Shown here piece by piece: positions 62,247 to 64,000 of a DNA stretch of 64,000 nucleotides; positions within the stretch are counted from its first letter, which is position 1; each line of letters opens with the position of its first letter. Below the pieces are notes generated by a model. The model did not search any database. It had not been told where the DNA came from and worked only from the letters and a program-made list of their open reading frames with translations. Origin of the DNA: Thermovirgaceae bacterium (GTDB lineage: Bacteria > Synergistota > Synergistia > Synergistales > Thermovirgaceae); NCBI GenBank assembly GCA_040767805.1, contig JAXGNU010000003.1, positions 64,001 to 128,000 on the forward strand, given 5' to 3'. Both the position numbers and the translations under genes were made by a program.

Positions 62247-62358
62247 TGTCCAAGCCTCCATCCTTGGTAATGACCAACCGCTCCCGTTGAGGCAAAAGGG
62301 CCGGCGGGTTGCATTTTACAGCAGCAAGTCTCCGGGGTCATCCCTGTATGAAATGTAT

Positions 62359-62388
62359 ATAATATACAGCCCTCCCGGGTTTATGCAA
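62359..62388 (-). promoter_or_regulatory. Probable thrS promoter
   Basis: TTGCAT followed after 16-18 nt by AT-rich TATATTAT on the minus strand. Confidence 0.5.
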
Positions 62389-62634
62389 CATCCCTGGCCG
62401 CCCCTCCCTGAAGCCCGGCGAAGGCACAGCATCCTCCTTCGTAGGCTCCGGACAGGTCGACGGCCTACACCGGGAGGCACTGCTTTGAGGAAGACCGAAC
62501 TCGAGGAGGGATAACGGCGGGTCGGGGGTTCAACAGGATCATCATAACGGCCCTGGTCTTCGGCGGCGCGGGCAGGCGCGTTCACGGGACCATGAAAGCC
62601 GCATCGAAAAAGCAGTCCTCCGACCGATAGGCAA

Positions 62635-62671
62635 AGAGCAGGGGCCGCCCCGAAGGAGCGGCCCCTGCTCT
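62635..62671. terminator. Terminator after pnp-dut
   Basis: AGAGCAGGGGCCGC...GCGGCCCCTGCTCT, 14-bp stem. Confidence 0.8.
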
Positions 62672-62681
62672 CTATGGGGGA

Positions 62682-63128
62682 TCACTTTCCCGTGCTTCCG
62701 AAGCCTCCGCTCCCCCGCCCCGTCTCGCTCAGGAGGTCCTTTTCCGCCCATTCGACCCTGATCACCGGGGCGAGGACCATCTGGGCTATCCGGTCACCCC
62801 GCTCGATCTCGAAGGGGTTTTCGCCCAGGTTGACGAGGATGACCCTCACCTCGCCCCGGTAATCGGCGTCGATCGTCCCGGGCGTGTTCAGGACGGTCAC
62901 CCCGTGCTTAAGGGCCAGCCCGCTGCGGGGCCTGACCTGGCACTCGTACCCCTCGGGGATCTCGAGGCGGATGCCGGTCCCCACGGAAAGCCTGCCGCCT
63001 GGGGGGATGAGGGCGTCCTCGTTCGACCTGAGGTCGACCCCCGATGAGAGGGCCGTGGCGTAAGCGGGCAGGGCCACCCCCTCATCGACACGGAAGACGC
63101 CGACTCTCACCGTGCCCGGCATGGTCAC
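62682..63128 (-). CDS. dut: dUTP diphosphatase
   Basis: [34 protein letters not shown]. Confidence 0.97.
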   Translation of the reverse strand: MTMPGTVRVGVFRVDEGVALPAYATALSSGVDLRSNEDALIPPGGRLSVGTGIRLEIPEGYECQVRPRSGLALKHGVTVLNTPGTIDADYRGEVRVILVNLGENPFEIERGDRIAQMVLAPVIRVEWAEKDLLSETGRGSGGFGSTGK

Positions 63129-64000
63129 CTTTCCCTGCCCCTGTCCCCGAAGTCCTTCCTCCTTGGTCCCCCGTGGGGTCTCCTGTCGCCGGAGGGCCTG
63201 TCGCCGCCCGGCCTACCCCCTGGCCTCGGGGCTCCGCCCCTCGGGCCCCTGTCGCGATCGCCCGAGGGAGGCAGGGCCTTTATCCTCTCCTCCCTGGCAT
63301 CCTCGAGGACCAAGGCGTCGGCGAACTTCTCCGCCACCTCTGGGTCATTCCTTCTTTCCAGGGCCCGCCTCCTGGAGAGGTTTATCCTCCCCATATCGTC
63401 GATCTCCTTGACCATCACGAGGACCGAGTCCCCGGGGCTTAAAACATCGTCGACCTTGCCCACGTGGGTGGTGCTTATCTCGCTCACATGGAGGAGGCCC
63501 TCTTTACCCGGCAGGACCTCCACGAAGGCGCCGAAGGCCATGAGCCTGGTGACCTTGCCCGAGAACACCTCCCCCGCCATGACCTCCCTGACTAGGTCGT
63601 TTATCATGCCGAGGGCCTTCTCGGCGGCCTCGGTGGTAGGCGAGGCCACGAAAACCCTGCCGTCGTCCTCGACATCGACCTTGACGCCCGTCTGGGCGAC
63701 GATGTTGCGGATGGTCTTGCCGCCCGGGCCGATGATGTCCCTGATCTTGTCAAGGGGGACCGTGAGGGTGTAGATCCTGGGCGCGTAGGCGGAAATGCTC
63801 TTGCGCGGTTCAGCGATGACCGACTCCATCTTGTCGAGGATGAAAAGCCTCCCCCGGCGGGCCTGATCGAGGGCCTTTTCGAGGATCGCCCTGGTTATGC
63901 CCCCGGCCTTGTTGTCCATCTGGAGGGCCGTTATCCCCTCCCTGGTGCCGGTGACCTTGAAGTCCATGTCCCCGTAATGGTCCTCCAGCCCCTGGATGTC
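63125..64000 (-). CDS. pnp: Polyribonucleotide nucleotidyltransferase, 3' part (5' end outside the window)
   Basis: [19 protein letters not shown] domain IIGPGGK, S1 domain [13 protein letters not shown]. Confidence 0.97.
   Translation of the reverse strand, partial: DIQGLEDHYGDMDFKVTGTREGITALQMDNKAGGITRAILEKALDQARRGRLFILDKMESVIAEPRKSISAYAPRIYTLTVPLDKIRDIIGPGGKTIRNIVAQTGVKVDVEDDGRVFVASPTTEAAEKALGMINDLVREVMAGEVFSGKVTRLMAFGAFVEVLPGKEGLLHVSEISTTHVGKVDDVLSPGDSVLVMVKEIDDMGRINLSRRRALERRNDPEVAEKFADALVLEDAREERIKALPPSGDRDRGPRGGAPRPGGRPGGDRPSGDRRPHGGPRRKDFGDRGRER

Noticed and set aside
62262..62680. T-box riboswitch upstream of thrS
   Set aside because: No GGTGGNACC T-box sequence or adjacent terminator/antiterminator pair was found.

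Overview
GC-rich bacterial core-chromosome segment, almost all on the minus strand. Gene content and order (amino-acid ABC transport, 2-oxoacid:ferredoxin oxidoreductase, DUF5693-csaB, HrcA/CIRCE, RNase J) suggest an anaerobe, probably Synergistota; this is an inference. It holds about 60 housekeeping genes, including dnaB, rplI, rpsF-ssb-rpsR, argS, secA, a liv operon, the hrcA-grpE-dnaK-dnaJ-prmA-rsmE-mtaB operon, folP/folK, korAB, copA/copZ, purA, ftsEX-envC-ctpA, csaB, rnj, fba, rtcB, nudC, speD, glyA, thrS, dut and pnp. It also holds three tRNAs, a perfect CIRCE, an S6:S18 leader and a CsoR-type operator. Two small genes missing from the ORF track were read directly: rpsU and a monocistronic 57-aa zinc-ribbon gene. 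No mobile element, CRISPR array or rRNA was seen. Best leads: (1) a split transketolase whose N-subunit has lost most catalytic and TPP-binding residues yet sits intact in the csaB-ftsEX envelope operon; (2) the stand-alone zinc-ribbon gene; (3) an rtcB/nudC/tRNA cluster; (4) a phosphatase-folP-folK operon lacking folB. Frameshifts clustered in the first 16 kb are probably assembly errors. Family names come from motif recognition, not database searches, and no clearly novel system is demonstrated.
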